From Candidatus Dormibacteria bacterium (GTDB lineage: Bacteria > Chloroflexota > Dormibacteria > Aeolococcales > Aeolococcaceae): a stretch of DNA of 64,000 bases. A model generated the notes under the pieces. It was not told where the DNA came from. It saw nothing but the letters and a program-made list of their open reading frames with translations, and did not search any database. This document shows, in pieces, positions 45,802 through 55,364 of the stretch. Position 1 is the stretch's first letter. Every line of letters starts with the position of its first letter. A program made the translations under genes and the position numbers. Location of the stretch: positions 10,049-74,048 of the forward strand of contig JBIOIZ010000003.1 of NCBI GenBank assembly GCA_044450385.1. Direction: 5' to 3'.

Positions 45802-46595
45802 TCGCGACGCCTTCGCAGCGCGCGCGTGCCGAGCAGGCCGACGAGCCCTCCTGCTCCTATGGCCGCGAGCAGGAGGCCGATATCGACGCCGGGCGGGTTG
45901 GTCGCGGGGCCGAAGGTTGCGAGGGCCTTCGGCGTCGCTTCGGGCGTCGCGATCCCAAGGACACCCGCGGTCGGTGTCGTCGTTGATGCAGGCGTTGCGC
46001 GACGCGATGTCGGCGCTGCGGAGGAGCCTGCTTGCGCGTGCGCTGACGAGGTGGGAGTCACCGCCTGCGTCGGTGTCCGCGTGGGTGGCGGCGTCACCGC
46101 CGGGCAGGTGCCGGCCGGCGACGGCGGAGGTGGATCGGTCCCCGTTTGAGAGTCGTATCTGAAGCCGATGTCGTCGCCGCCATTGACCGTAACGTTCGAA
46201 ACGCCGAGGTCCGACGTGGCCCACGCACCGCCGCCGCGCGATACGAACAGCACCCAGTACGAGCCGGACGTCGAGAAGCAGCCCGGAGGATAGGTCGCAG
46301 GTTCGTTGTCGATCTGGCAGATCGCCGCGCCGAAGCTGCCTCCATACGACGAGATGGCCACCTCGAGGCCACTTGCCTGCAGCACCTCGAGGGCGGTCGC
46401 GGTAGAGGCGTCGAAGCCGACGCAGCGCCGGATGACCTGCCCGTCCCCGTGTTCGACGACAAGGCCCGCCCGGTGCGAGAAGGACGCGTGCGCGCAGAGC
46501 GGTTGGACAGGCCCGGTGCGGGCGACGCTCGACACCGCCCCCAGGCCAAGCGCCAGCACGGGTACCGCGAACGCGACGCGCACGAGCCGCCGCAT
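45798..46595 (-). CDS. exported DUF4430-like protein with Pro/Thr-rich stalk and C-terminal membrane anchor
   Basis: Signal peptide MRRLVRVAFAVPVLALGLGAV. Roughly 110-aa beta domain (GLVVEHGDGQVIRRCVGF...ALEVLQASGLEV...SYWVLFVSRGG...DIGFRY) resembling DUF4430. PT-rich linker, TM helix and RRRRE tail. Confidence 0.6.
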   Translation of the reverse strand: MRRLVRVAFAVPVLALGLGAVSSVARTGPVQPLCAHASFSHRAGLVVEHGDGQVIRRCVGFDASTATALEVLQASGLEVAISSYGGSFGAAICQIDNEPATYPPGCFSTSGSYWVLFVSRGGGAWATSDLGVSNVTVNGGDDIGFRYDSQTGTDPPPPSPAGTCPAVTPPPTRTPTQAVTPTSSAHAQAGSSAAPTSRRATPASTTTPTAGVLGIATPEATPKALATFGPATNPPGVDIGLLLAAIGAGGLVGLLGTRALRRRRE

Positions 46596-46606
46596 CACGC
46601 GCACGG

Positions 46607-47950
46607 TCACGTTCCGCCCCGGCGTCGCGTTCGGTGCGGGACGCCGGCCGCCACGAATGCCGCCGCCAGGGCTGCGATCACATAGACAGCTGCGGTCGGG
46701 AACCCTCTCCCTGCTGAGGGTGCGACGGCGAGCGCGGGTGCAGTTGTCGGAGTAGGTCCCGCTCCCGGCGACGTCGGCGCCGCGCTGCTTGTCGGCCCGA
46801 TCGGCGTCGCGGTCACGCCCAGCACGGCTCCGGTCGGTGCAGGCGTCGCCGTGGCGCTGCCCGTGCCGGAAGGCTCCGGAGCCGACGTGGGCCGCGGCTT
46901 CGGCGACGGCGTGGGCACCGGTGTCGGCGTCGGCGCGGTGCCGTTCAGCGTCGATCCGATCTGAAAGCAGCGGGTGCTCCCGCACGTCAGGGGAAGGGCG
47001 GCGCGTTCGAGAGCCGGAGGCACCTGTGCGGTGGTGAAGGGATCGGGAGCGGGGTTGCCGGGGAAGGTGAAGCCGCCGCTGCTCCCCTGGGTGGCAATGA
47101 GCTCGGCAAGGGGACTATGACCGCCCGGCGACCAGGGAGGTGCCTGTGGGTTCTGACCGGTGGCGACCAGGGCCTGGAGGACGAGCGCAGTGGAGTCGGG
47201 ATCGCCGCCGCTGCCGGCCTGGTAGGGAAAGCCTCCGTCACTGTCCTGCTGGGTGTGCAACCACGCCAGTGCGGAGCGATCCCGGGAGTGCATTCCGGCG
47301 GCGTCCAGAGCCATGAGCACCATGGCGGTGGAGTTGGTGTCACTGGTGTCGAAGTTGGTCGGACCGTTGGGATCGTCCTTGATGAGCAGGTAGTCCCAGC
47401 CCCCGTCGCTGTCCTGGGCGGCGACCAGGTGACGGAGCGCCGCAGCCGGGACCGCATGATGGGCGGCGACCAGTCCCTGGATGGCGAGGGCCTGGGTGAA
47501 CGCCTCGCCGTTGCCGAAGACACCGCTGCCCGCCGAGTAGAAGCCGTTGAGGGTGGTGAGCAGGTCGACGCCCCCGAAGGAGGCTGGGTTGAGCCCGGCG
47601 GCGGCGACCGCCTGGAGGAGTTCCCCGCAGGCGCCGGCGCTGGTGCATGCCCCGGCCGCGTGGGCGGCGAGGTAGGCCATCACCGATGGGCCTGAGCCGT
47701 GGCGCAGCGCATTGGGGTCATAGCCGGCGGCGGCGGCCCCGATCGCGTACTCCTCGCTGACCGTGGCGGTGCTCGCCCCCACCGGGATCGACCCGTCACT
47801 CCCCGACTGCTGCCCCTGCAGGTATTCGATGGCCCGCGATGCCGGGTCCACCTGCGTGGCAGCGCTGCTCGTTCCAATGGCGAAGGCGAGCAGCGCTGCG
47901 CCCGTCGCTCCAGTGGTCGCCAATGCGGCGACCCTCCTGGTCCTGCCCAT
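46607..47950 (-). CDS. exported prenyltransferase/squalene-oxidase-repeat (alpha/alpha-toroid) protein with C-terminal membrane anchor
   Basis: Signal peptide. Repeated QxxDGGW/F motifs (QQSGSDGS, AQDSDGGWDY, QQDSDGGFPY, TQGSSGGFTF). PT-rich linker and TM anchor. First gene after the riboswitch. Confidence 0.65.
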   Translation of the reverse strand: MGRTRRVAALATTGATGAALLAFAIGTSSAATQVDPASRAIEYLQGQQSGSDGSIPVGASTATVSEEYAIGAAAAGYDPNALRHGSGPSVMAYLAAHAAGACTSAGACGELLQAVAAAGLNPASFGGVDLLTTLNGFYSAGSGVFGNGEAFTQALAIQGLVAAHHAVPAAALRHLVAAQDSDGGWDYLLIKDDPNGPTNFDTSDTNSTAMVLMALDAAGMHSRDRSALAWLHTQQDSDGGFPYQAGSGGDPDSTALVLQALVATGQNPQAPPWSPGGHSPLAELIATQGSSGGFTFPGNPAPDPFTTAQVPPALERAALPLTCGSTRCFQIGSTLNGTAPTPTPVPTPSPKPRPTSAPEPSGTGSATATPAPTGAVLGVTATPIGPTSSAAPTSPGAGPTPTTAPALAVAPSAGRGFPTAAVYVIAALAAAFVAAGVPHRTRRRGGT

Positions 47951-48034
47951 GTCGGCACCCCACGCGGCGAAGGGGACTCCACCCTTGCCGGAGTTGTCCT
48001 CGCCGCATGAGGCTTCCTCCCGTCGTGCGCGGGG

Positions 48035-48220
48035 GTGGAGGTCGACGCCTCGGGTCGGTCTCCTGGCTTGCGGATCAACGCCGTGCACGGCCGCCTTCCC
48101 GGGAGCTCGCACTCCCGGTGGCACGATGGCCGCCGGCTCCCCGCTCACAGTTGCGCGACAGCGCCGGATTCGTCACCGGCTTCCCGTCACCCGGAGCGTT
48201 ATTCAGTTGTGGCGGTCGAG
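48035..48220 (-). promoter_or_regulatory. cobalamin (B12) riboswitch
   Basis: Reverse strand reads ...GGTGACGGGAAGCCGGTGACGAATCCGGCGCTGTCGCGCAACTGTGAGCGG...(about 70 nt)...GCAAGCCAGGAGACCGACC. This holds both the conserved GGGAA-CCGGTGA-AATCCGG-CGC-ACTGT core and the B12-box (AGCCAGGAGACC). It sits directly 5' of the ECF operon. Confidence 0.8.
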
Positions 48221-48274
48221 TATGCGCCGGCTCCCGGCGGGTTCGCCAGGGGGCCGGTGGGTACACTTGAGTTC

Positions 48275-49582
48275 ATGCCTCAAGCCGGCCCGCGAGCGGT
48301 CGCCGTCATCTCCGTGCACGCGTCGCCACTATCGGATCTGGGCAGCGGCGAGAACGGCGGCATGAATCTCGCGATCCGCAGACTGTGCGAAGGACTGTCG
48401 CTCCGCGGGGTGCCGACCGACGTGTTCGTGCGTCGAGACGGACCCGGTCCAGACGAGGAATTGATCGCGCCGCTCAGCAGGTTGGTGCGGCTACCGGTTG
48501 GTCCGCCGCGACCGCTCCGCAAGGAGGACGTTAGAGCGCTGCTTGAGGATTTCACGGACGCAACAATCCGCCACGCTGCATCCGAGCGTCGTTCGTACCG
48601 AGCCATCCACGGTCATTACTGGCACGGCGGTCTTGTCGGCCGGCGGCTTCGCGAGGCGTGGAGGATCGCGTGGGTGCAGTCGTTTCACACACTGGCGCTG
48701 ACGAAGGCGCGCGCCGGCCTCCCCCTTGACGCGCTGCGCGCGCAGGCCGAGGGTGAGCTCGCCGCTCAGGCCGATAGGCTTGTCGCCGGGAGTGCGGCCG
48801 AAGCCAAGGACCTGATCCGTCTGTATCGCGCGTCAAGGGACCGCATCTGCGTCGCCCAGCCGGGCGTCGACCCCGGCCTCTTCGCGGAGCACGACGGCTT
48901 CGGGCTCCGGCGCAGCCTGGGGCTCAAAGATGCGCGCGTTGCGCTGTTCGTGGGGAGGCTGGAACCGCTCAAGGGCGCTCAGATCCTGATCGACGCCGCG
49001 GCGCAGCTCAGGACCGAGACGAAGTTTGCCGACCTCGCGGTGGTGATCGCGGGGGACGACAGCGGCGACGGCGCCAACGACAACCGTGGCGGGGAGCGCA
49101 AGCGGCTCGAGCGTCATGTGGCGCGCCTCGGTCTCGGTGACCATGTGCGCTTCGTCGGCGCTGTTCCCCATGAGCAACTTGCCGTCTATTACGCGATGGC
49201 GGACGTCTGCGTCGTCCCCTCCTTGACGGAGAGCTTTGGGCTGGTCGCGCTCGAGGCACATGCGCTCGGAACCCCGGTGGTGGCCGCTGCAGTCGGCGGC
49301 CTGCGCGAGGTGGTGGAGGACGGTGTGACCGGCTACCTGGTGGATGGCCACGACCCCGACGACTACGCCCGCGCGATGAGCGACGTGCTGGATGACCCCG
49401 TCCGCCGAGCGGAGATGGGGGAGCAGGCAAGGCGTCGCGCCGGACGGTTCACATGGCTTCGCGCCGTGGATCGCCTGGCCGCGATCTACGACCGAATCAG
49501 TGTCGAGGGCCAGCCCTCTGGGAGTCCGTGCGGCTACGAGGACGACGAGGCCGTCGCCCTGATGAGCAGCGCCGCCAGCTAG
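48275..49582 (+). CDS. mshA: GT4-family glycosyltransferase, MshA (D-inositol-3-phosphate glycosyltransferase)-like
   Basis: N-terminal VAVISVHASPLSDLGSGENGGMNL resembles the MshA signature ([22 protein letters not shown]). C-terminal GT-B E-x7-E region (ESFGLVALEAHALGTPVVA). The specific MshA assignment is tentative. Confidence 0.7.
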   Translation: MPQAGPRAVAVISVHASPLSDLGSGENGGMNLAIRRLCEGLSLRGVPTDVFVRRDGPGPDEELIAPLSRLVRLPVGPPRPLRKEDVRALLEDFTDATIRHAASERRSYRAIHGHYWHGGLVGRRLREAWRIAWVQSFHTLALTKARAGLPLDALRAQAEGELAAQADRLVAGSAAEAKDLIRLYRASRDRICVAQPGVDPGLFAEHDGFGLRRSLGLKDARVALFVGRLEPLKGAQILIDAAAQLRTETKFADLAVVIAGDDSGDGANDNRGGERKRLERHVARLGLGDHVRFVGAVPHEQLAVYYAMADVCVVPSLTESFGLVALEAHALGTPVVAAAVGGLREVVEDGVTGYLVDGHDPDDYARAMSDVLDDPVRRAEMGEQARRRAGRFTWLRAVDRLAAIYDRISVEGQPSGSPCGYEDDEAVALMSSAAS

Positions 49583-52257
49583 CTGGTCGGCGCTGGCTCC
49601 CCGGCCAGTCGATCGACTTCGCGCGCACGCTGCGCTCGCAGCATGCTGTCGCGACCCTCGCGAAGGATGCGCACCGCGGGACCGGGAAGCTCGCCGCTCT
49701 CGAGCGCAAAATCGATGGCTGCGACAACCTGATCGTCCACCAGGTGGGTCGGATACAGGCACTCGGTGAAAGCCTCGGCTTCGTCGATGGTGCGCTCGGC
49801 CCAAACCTTTGGGAGGGCGTCGAGATAGCGCTTGACGTAGGGCCGGAGCACCTCGGGGTTCGGTCCGTGGGCCATCATGCCGCCGACACCCACCGACCCG
49901 ATGTAGAAGCCACGAAGAATCGACGCCATCGAGGCGACCGACAGCTCTCCGTCCGTCGAGCCCTTCCACGCCTTGGGCATGGGCGCGCTCGGGTCTGCCA
50001 CGCGGAGCCACGCTTCCTCCTTGGCCGCCGGGTTCGGCCGCGCCGCGAGGGAGGCCATGCCACGACGCCGTCCGATATCGCTGGGATCCGAGGCCATGGC
50101 TGCCTGGATCAGCGCGACGTCCGCGTGCCCCTCTTCTGCGAGCTGGCCCACGATCAGCCAGCGGAGGTCGGTGTCCACGTCGATCCCAGCGATCGTCTCG
50201 GTACCCTCGAGCAATGCGGCGACCCTCGCCAGCGACTCCTCGGAGGCAGCCGTTGCCACCAGGATCCGCGACCAGATCAGGCGCAACTCGTTGGCCAGGT
50301 CGGGCCGGCTGACCAGTGTCGCGGCGACCTGGTGGAGCCGCTCGCGCGCGGCGCGCCGGTTGTCCGGGTCTCCGTACAGGTCGATCGCCGAGCGCGCCTG
50401 GCTCGTGACTCGTTCGACCAGCAGCCAATCCTTCTCGGCCGGTGCGTGCCGAGCGACCAGCTCGACAAACTCACGGGTCGGCATCTCGCCGTCTCGGGTG
50501 AGATCCCAAACCGCCGCCCAACACAGGGCCTGCGCGAGCGGATCGTCCAGGTTGGAAAGGTCGGCCTTGAGAGTCGCCAGGGATCGCTTGTCGAATCGCA
50601 GCTTCGCAAAAGTGAGGTCGCCGTCGTTGAGCAGCACCAAATCGCAGACACGTTCGCCGACCAGCTCGGTGATCGGGGTCATGGCGCCGGTCAGGTCGGT
50701 CTCGACACGGCGGCGGAGTTTGAGGATGCCCTTCGCGTCGCGGTCGTACAGCCCGATACCGGCACGGTGCACCCGCAGAGTGGGATGAGCCGGGACGGCA
50801 GTCTGCTCAACCGCGAACGACGTGTATCTGCCGTTCTGCTCGGTGAGGTGAGCGCGGAAGGTGTTCAACCCGGTGGTCTGCAACCAGTCCTGACCCCAGC
50901 GCGTGAGGTCGCGTCCCGAGGCGCGGCGCAGACAGTCCAGAAACTCCTGCAGGTCCGCGTTGCCCCAGCGATATCGCTTGAAGTAGTCCTGCACACCGCG
51001 CATGAAGGCGTCGTCGCCGACCCACGCGACCAGCTGGCGCATCACCGAGGCACCCTTGTGGTACGTGATCCCGTCGAAGTTCTGACGGACGGAAACAGTG
51101 TCCGGCACGTGGTCGGCAATGCGATGGGTGGTGACCAGCTGGTCCTGCCGTGCGGCGATCGACTTGACACTGTTGGCAAAGTCGACCCACGCATTGGTGA
51201 AACGAGTCGACTTCTCCATCGCGAGATTCGCCATGTAGGTGGCGAAGGTCTCGTTGAGCCAGAGGTCGCCCCACCAGCGCATGGTGGTGACGTCGCCGAA
51301 ACCGTGGACGTGCGCCATCTCGTGGAGGATCGTCTCCGCCCTCCGCTGCAACTGGGCCTCGCTCGCCTGACCGCGATGGATGTAGGCCTCGTTGAACGTG
51401 ACGCAACCCGGATTCTCCATTGCGCCCATGTTGAATTCCGGCACGAACAGCTGGTTGTACTCGTCGAACGGGTACGTGAGTCCGAAGTACTTCTCGAAGA
51501 AATCAAGGCCGGCGGCCGTGATGTCGAAGATCTCGTCGGCCTGTGCGTCGACCCAGCTGGCGAGCGACTCCCGGCACCACAGGGCCATCGGGATGTCGCG
51601 ATGCTTGCGCTCCACGGTGTGGTATTTGCCTGCGACGACGGCGATCAGATAGGGCGGCAGGGGTGGCGTCGTGTTGAAATGCCAGGTCTTCATGTCACCG
51701 CGTCGCTCGACGCGCAGGACGCGGCCGTTCCCACAGACGCGCCAGGGGCCCGGAGCAGTGACGCTCATGGTCACCCCCGCCTTCAGGTCCGGCTGGTCGA
51801 AGCACGCGAGGACCTTGTGAGCGTCAAACGGCTCGAAGTGGGTGTACACGTACACCTCGTCATCCACCGGGTCACGCAACCGATGCAAACCGACGCCGGT
51901 GTGCTGGTATTCGCATTGGGCGGTCACGGTCAGGCGGTTGGATCCCGCGCGAAGGCCGCGAAGCCAGAGCACATTGCCGTCGAACCCGTGCTGGGCCTCG
52001 CTGAGGCGCTTGCCGTTCAGGTTGCACTCGTCGATTGAGCGCGCGGCAATGTTGATGAAGGTCTCCGACCCCTCGTGCGCGGCGTCGAAGACCATCGTTG
52101 TCGCGCTCTGGAACGTCTCGGCGTCCGGATCGTCGCTGAGCACCAGTGACACCTCGTACGAGAGGTTGGACAGAAGTGCCGCGCGAGCCTTGGCGTCTGC
52201 TTCGGTGAGATTGTCCTGGAGGGGTGGTCGGTCGAGAGCGGTAGCGGTAAGTGTCAC
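49579..52257 (-). CDS. pepN: aminopeptidase N (M1 family)
   Basis: GAMENPG exopeptidase motif. HEMAH...WLNETFA zinc site. About 892 aa from GTG 52257; the track ORF is over-extended at its 5' end. Confidence 0.9.
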   Translation of the reverse strand: MTLTATALDRPPLQDNLTEADAKARAALLSNLSYEVSLVLSDDPDAETFQSATTMVFDAAHEGSETFINIAARSIDECNLNGKRLSEAQHGFDGNVLWLRGLRAGSNRLTVTAQCEYQHTGVGLHRLRDPVDDEVYVYTHFEPFDAHKVLACFDQPDLKAGVTMSVTAPGPWRVCGNGRVLRVERRGDMKTWHFNTTPPLPPYLIAVVAGKYHTVERKHRDIPMALWCRESLASWVDAQADEIFDITAAGLDFFEKYFGLTYPFDEYNQLFVPEFNMGAMENPGCVTFNEAYIHRGQASEAQLQRRAETILHEMAHVHGFGDVTTMRWWGDLWLNETFATYMANLAMEKSTRFTNAWVDFANSVKSIAARQDQLVTTHRIADHVPDTVSVRQNFDGITYHKGASVMRQLVAWVGDDAFMRGVQDYFKRYRWGNADLQEFLDCLRRASGRDLTRWGQDWLQTTGLNTFRAHLTEQNGRYTSFAVEQTAVPAHPTLRVHRAGIGLYDRDAKGILKLRRRVETDLTGAMTPITELVGERVCDLVLLNDGDLTFAKLRFDKRSLATLKADLSNLDDPLAQALCWAAVWDLTRDGEMPTREFVELVARHAPAEKDWLLVERVTSQARSAIDLYGDPDNRRAARERLHQVAATLVSRPDLANELRLIWSRILVATAASEESLARVAALLEGTETIAGIDVDTDLRWLIVGQLAEEGHADVALIQAAMASDPSDIGRRRGMASLAARPNPAAKEEAWLRVADPSAPMPKAWKGSTDGELSVASMASILRGFYIGSVGVGGMMAHGPNPEVLRPYVKRYLDALPKVWAERTIDEAEAFTECLYPTHLVDDQVVAAIDFALESGELPGPAVRILREGRDSMLRAQRAREVDRLAGEPAPTS

Positions 52258-52526
52258 TGGACCAAGCCTACTAAACTCGCCCCGGGACCAACGTGAATCC
52301 AGGGTCCACCATCGCTCCCGCCCCAGGTGGAACCCCAACGTGACGGCGGTTGCGCCATTCGACCCGTCCTGGAGACACGGTCGCACCCTGGCGCGTGATC
52401 TCGCTTCAATGAAGCCCGGGCCGATTGATGCGCCCCGACCGGTGCGGACGACCCGCCTGCGAGGCGACCCGGCTGGATTCGTGGGGGACTTCGTCAGTCG
52501 CGGATCGTTTGTTACGATCGGCCGCG

Positions 52527-52883
52527 ATGCTGTCGGGCTACGCGCCGATCCTCTTCTTCTTCGGCATCTGCGCGGCGTTTGCTGTATTCGCACAGCTGCT
52601 CAACGCGGTGCTCGGTCCGAAGCGTCCAACGCCAACCAAGGACCTTCCTTATGAGTCGGGGATGGTGCCAAGGGAGAGCGCGCGACGCCGCTTCTCGGTG
52701 AGCTTCTACGTCACCGCGATGCTGTTCATCATCTTCGACGTCGAATCGATCTTTCTGTTTCCGTGGGCCACGGTCGTCCGGGCGCTCAAGGTATTCGGCA
52801 GCGTCGAGATGGCCATCTTCATCGTGACACTGCTGGTCGGTCTCCTCTACGTCTGGCGCAAGGGGGCGCTGCGGTGGGATTGA
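52527..52883 (+). CDS. nuoA: NADH-quinone oxidoreductase subunit A
   Basis: 118 aa and 3 TM helices. LPYESGM and [14 protein letters not shown] motifs. First gene of the nuo operon. Confidence 0.9.
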   Translation: MLSGYAPILFFFGICAAFAVFAQLLNAVLGPKRPTPTKDLPYESGMVPRESARRRFSVSFYVTAMLFIIFDVESIFLFPWATVVRALKVFGSVEMAIFIVTLLVGLLYVWRKGALRWD

Positions 52884-53455
52884 ACAACGAATTGATCGTT
52901 CCCGGCGGCGGAGGTCGGAGCATCCTACTCGCGGACGCCGATGCGGGAACCATCGCCCTTCCGCGCACCGGGGCCGCGGAGCGGACCGCTCTCCAGAGCG
53001 GGTTTGTGACCACGACGCTCGGCAAGGTCATCCAGTGGGGCCGGTACAGCTCGCTGTGGCCGGCACTCTTCGGCCTCGCCTGCTGCGCCATCGAGATGAT
53101 GGCCACCGGCGCCGCGCGATATGACATGTCACGTTTCGGGTGCGAGGTCTTCCGTGCGTCGCCGCGTCAGTCCGACCTGATGATCGTTGCGGGTCGCGTG
53201 TCGCAGAAGATGGCGCCGGTCCTTCGGCACATTTACGACCAGATGCCCGAGCCCAAGTGGGTGATCAGCATGGGGGCGTGCGCCTCCAGCGGCGGGATGT
53301 TCAACAACTACGCGATCGTCCAGGGCGTCGACAAGGTGGTCCCGGTCGATGTGTACATCCCCGGTTGCCCGCCGCGCCCCGAAGGACTCCTGGACGCGGT
53401 CATGAAGCTGCAGAAGAAGATCGCCGGGGAGCTCCCCGGCTCGCTGCTCGGGTAG
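52874..53455 (+). CDS. nuoB: NADH-quinone oxidoreductase subunit B
   Basis: N2 cluster cysteines in [28 protein letters not shown] 52874 start is inferred and overlaps the nuoA end. Confidence 0.9.
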   Translation: MGLNNELIVPGGGGRSILLADADAGTIALPRTGAAERTALQSGFVTTTLGKVIQWGRYSSLWPALFGLACCAIEMMATGAARYDMSRFGCEVFRASPRQSDLMIVAGRVSQKMAPVLRHIYDQMPEPKWVISMGACASSGGMFNNYAIVQGVDKVVPVDVYIPGCPPRPEGLLDAVMKLQKKIAGELPGSLLG

Positions 53456-53459
53456 CGCG

Positions 53460-54026
53460 GTGACCGCCGTGGGATCCTCCATGAGCGGCGCGCGGGCGGC
53501 AGACCTCCTGGAGCGGGAGCTTCCGGCCGCGGTGCGCCGTCGCGAGTCGGGCTTTGGCGAGGTCACCGTCTGGATCGACCGCGCCGACCTCGTGCAGGTC
53601 TGCACCCTGCTTCGCGATCACCCGGACGCTGCGTACACGACGCCGGTGTTCGTCACGGCGGTCGACTGGCCCGACCGCGAGCCTGTCGAACCACGGTTCG
53701 ACGTGGTCTACGCGCTCAGGTCGCTGCAGTACAACGATGTGTGCAGGCTGATCGTGCAGGTGACCGAGGACGATCCCAACGTCCCGAGTCTCGAGTTGGT
53801 CTTCGCCGGCATGGACTGGCACGAGCGCGAGTGCTTCGACCTTCTCGGCATCATCTTCACCGGGCACCACGCTCTGATGCGGATCCTGCTGCCCACCGAC
53901 TGGGACGGTCATCCGCTCCGCAAGGATTACGCATCCTTCGGCGAGCCGATCGCCTTCACGCACAACCTGGAGTGGGCCCTTCCCGCGCAGGAGCGCCCCC
54001 GGGACATGCCGGGGGGCTCGCGATGA
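53460..54026 (+). CDS. nuoC: NADH-quinone oxidoreductase subunit C
   Basis: 188 aa. WHERECFDLLGIIFTGH and PLRKDY motifs. Confidence 0.9.
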   Translation: MTAVGSSMSGARAADLLERELPAAVRRRESGFGEVTVWIDRADLVQVCTLLRDHPDAAYTTPVFVTAVDWPDREPVEPRFDVVYALRSLQYNDVCRLIVQVTEDDPNVPSLELVFAGMDWHERECFDLLGIIFTGHHALMRILLPTDWDGHPLRKDYASFGEPIAFTHNLEWALPAQERPRDMPGGSR

Positions 54027-55315
54027 CCGCGCTGCCGCCTCCCGGGAGCCCGACGGCGCCGCTCGATCCCCTCAGCGAGCAGTACGAGGCCGGACGCGAG
54101 CTGCTCGGCGTCGAGCCGGGCCTCGATGCCGTCGATCTCGTCCAGATCGGCGAGAACACCATGGAGTTGAACATGGGGCCGATGCACCCCTCGACACACG
54201 GGGTGCTGCGTCTTGTCCTCAACCTCGACGGCGAGGTGGTCCGGGAATGCCGTCCCGACATCGGGTACCTCCACACCGGGTTCGAGAAGGACTTCGAGCG
54301 TCACACGTACCAGCAGTGCATCCCATACACGGACCGGATGGACTACCTCTCGCCGCTTTTCAACAACCTGGGCTTCTCGCTGGCGGTGGAGCGGCTGCTG
54401 GGCATCGAGGTGCCGCTGCGCGGGCAGTACCTGCGCGTGATCATGTGTGAGCTCTGCCGCCTCGCGAGCCACCTCCTCTGGTACGGCACCAGCGCGCTCG
54501 ACCTCGGTGCAACCACAGCGTTCGTGTACGCCTGGCGCGATCGCGAGAAGCTGCTCGACATCAATGAGCTGGTCAGCGGCGTGCGCATGCACACGTCGTT
54601 CATCCGCGTCGGGGGGCTCCTCGCCGACGTTCCCGACCCCTTCTACGAGATGGTGGGAGCGGTCATCAAGACCTTTCCCAAGCTCATCGACGAGCACGAG
54701 CTGCTGATCACCAAGAACCCGATCTGGCGGCAGCGGACCGTGGGGCTGGGGGTGCTGAGCCCCGAGGACGCCATGGCGTACGGCGCCACCGGCCCCGCGC
54801 TCCGCGGGAGCGGCGTGCCCTACGACCTGCGCAAAGCCCACCCGTACAGCTCGTACGACCACTTTGATTTCGATGTCCCGATCGGCAGGACCGGCGACGT
54901 GTACGACCGCTACCTCGTGCGAATGCAGGAGATGCGCGAGTCGCTGAAGATCATCACGCAGGCGTTCGAGAACCTCCCCGACGGGCCGGTGAACACCACC
55001 GACCGCCGCGTGGCGCTGCCACCGCGCAACGAGCTCAACACCAGCATGGAGTCGCTGATCCACCACTTCAAGCTGGTGACCGAGGGGATGCGAGTTCCGG
55101 CCGGTCAGGTGTACGAGGCAATCGAATCGCCACGTGGCGAGCTCGGCTTCTACCTGGTGAGCGACGGGACCAACCGGCCGTATCGCTGCAAGGTCCGCGC
55201 CCCCTCCTTCAGCAACCTCAGCGCACTGCCCCACATGGTCAGAGGCGAGTTGATCGCCGACGTGGTGGCGGTCATCGGCTCGATCGACATCGTGCTCGGA
55301 GACGTCGACCGATGA
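54023..55315 (+). CDS. nuoD: NADH-quinone oxidoreductase subunit D
   Basis: ATGA overlap with nuoC. NMGPMHPSTHGVLRL, ESPRGELGFY, C-terminal IDIVLGDVDR. Confidence 0.95.
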   Translation: MTALPPPGSPTAPLDPLSEQYEAGRELLGVEPGLDAVDLVQIGENTMELNMGPMHPSTHGVLRLVLNLDGEVVRECRPDIGYLHTGFEKDFERHTYQQCIPYTDRMDYLSPLFNNLGFSLAVERLLGIEVPLRGQYLRVIMCELCRLASHLLWYGTSALDLGATTAFVYAWRDREKLLDINELVSGVRMHTSFIRVGGLLADVPDPFYEMVGAVIKTFPKLIDEHELLITKNPIWRQRTVGLGVLSPEDAMAYGATGPALRGSGVPYDLRKAHPYSSYDHFDFDVPIGRTGDVYDRYLVRMQEMRESLKIITQAFENLPDGPVNTTDRRVALPPRNELNTSMESLIHHFKLVTEGMRVPAGQVYEAIESPRGELGFYLVSDGTNRPYRCKVRAPSFSNLSALPHMVRGELIADVVAVIGSIDIVLGDVDR

Positions 55316-55364
55316 CTCCCGCGAGATCGGCAGCCCGCCGCTGCGATCCGGCGGGCACCTCGAA

